DNA of 63,925 nucleotides, filler included, from Alphaproteobacteria bacterium (GTDB lineage Bacteria; Pseudomonadota; Alphaproteobacteria; Caedimonadales; UBA9215): NCBI GenBank assembly GCA_024280495.1. It is 9 parts of 9 records of this genome, joined end to end, with 100 filler letters (N's around TTAATTAATTAA, not from the genome) between each part and the next. Parts side by side here need not be neighbours in the genome. Positions count along the whole stretch, not along the records: positions 60,400 to 63,925 come from JAJRPZ010000051.1; 8 more parts are not named here. One strand, 5' to 3'. Shown piece by piece: positions 63,369 to 63,925 of this stretch (position 1 is its first letter; each line of letters starts with the position of its first letter). The notes under the pieces were generated by a model. It saw only the letters and a program-made list of their open reading frames with translations, ran no database searches and was not told where the DNA came from. The position numbers and the translations under genes were made by a program.

Positions 63369-63509
63369 AACTATTTTTTTGTGCGTCAACAGATGCAAGA
63401 AAACCTACGACCTTAAAAAAAACTACAGTACACCTATAAAAAAATTCTTCTTTAGCAGGAAAGAGATGCTGGAAAAAGAGCCAAGTATATTGATAGCATA
63501 AAAAAAATA

Positions 63510-63925
63510 GGAAGTGTAATGTAATAGGTGTTAACTTAGAATTTAAAGTGATATAGTGGTGTTTCATATTTATAAGGAATATCCATCATGGCTCTCTCAT
63601 ATCGACTTATATTTGAAACATACAACACGGAAGATTCCGCTGCAAGATCTAGCAGCCACACCCTATGTGAGGATGTTATTATTAAACCTTCTTCCTTACT
63701 AGACTTATCTATGGGCTTAAAAAAGTAAATAGAGGTTTTACAGAAAGTTCAAGATCACCTACTGTCCGCAAAGCTAAAAGTCTTGGCTCTCCCTCAAATA
63801 ATGTGGACTTGCTGAAATGTCTCGAGGCTACTATTATCAGGGGATTGTAACATTTTGGCTCCTCTATTTATGCACTCATTTTTAACAGATTTGTTAGGTT
63901 TTCAACACATAGAAGTGACTGGTTA
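63510..63925 (+). mobile_element. Degenerate ISKra4-family element, left end and transposase N-terminus
   Basis: GGAAGTGTAATG terminus; ATG 63588 MALSYRLIFETY...LDLSMG..*IEVLQKVQD is homologous to the remnant at 30704. Confidence 0.6.

Noticed and set aside
5356..63567. Numerous 60-136 aa ORFs overlapping or antisense to recognised genes
   Set aside because: Shadow frames of conserved genes or IS remnants, with no motifs of their own.

Overview
The window is not contiguous DNA. It is nine contigs joined by artificial 100-nt linkers (N44-TTAATTAATTAA-N44), so gene order across linkers means nothing. Contigs 2-9 look like an AT-rich alphaproteobacterial chromosome (chpT, gapR, DUF3576-leuS-lptE-holA, hflKC-degP, petABC, short alpha-type proS). 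Amino-acid and peptide transporters, orphan secreted or repeat proteins and many IS remnants suggest a host-associated lineage such as Holosporales-like, which is inference only. Several contig ends fall in IS remnants (IS4, IS5, ISKra4, IS256, IS30, IS66 and IS3 families). Contig 1 (1-4017) is the most unusual part. It holds two large co-oriented unknown genes, each cut by one of two inverted copies of the same IS4-like end (a perfect 119-bp inverted repeat). The larger gene has motifs recalling the accessory proteins of Druantia-like DUF1998-helicase defence loci. Other notable items are a Pif1-type helicase fused to a WYL-like domain, a 130-bp fold-back made of two IS66-like ends, a ~70-aa tandem-repeat protein, a pair of orphan secreted paralogues, tandem OpgC-like acyltransferases facing a c-di-GMP enzyme, and a frameshifted hflK. 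One tRNA (Gln-CTG) is present. I saw no rRNA or CRISPR array. All family calls come from motif recognition, not database searches.
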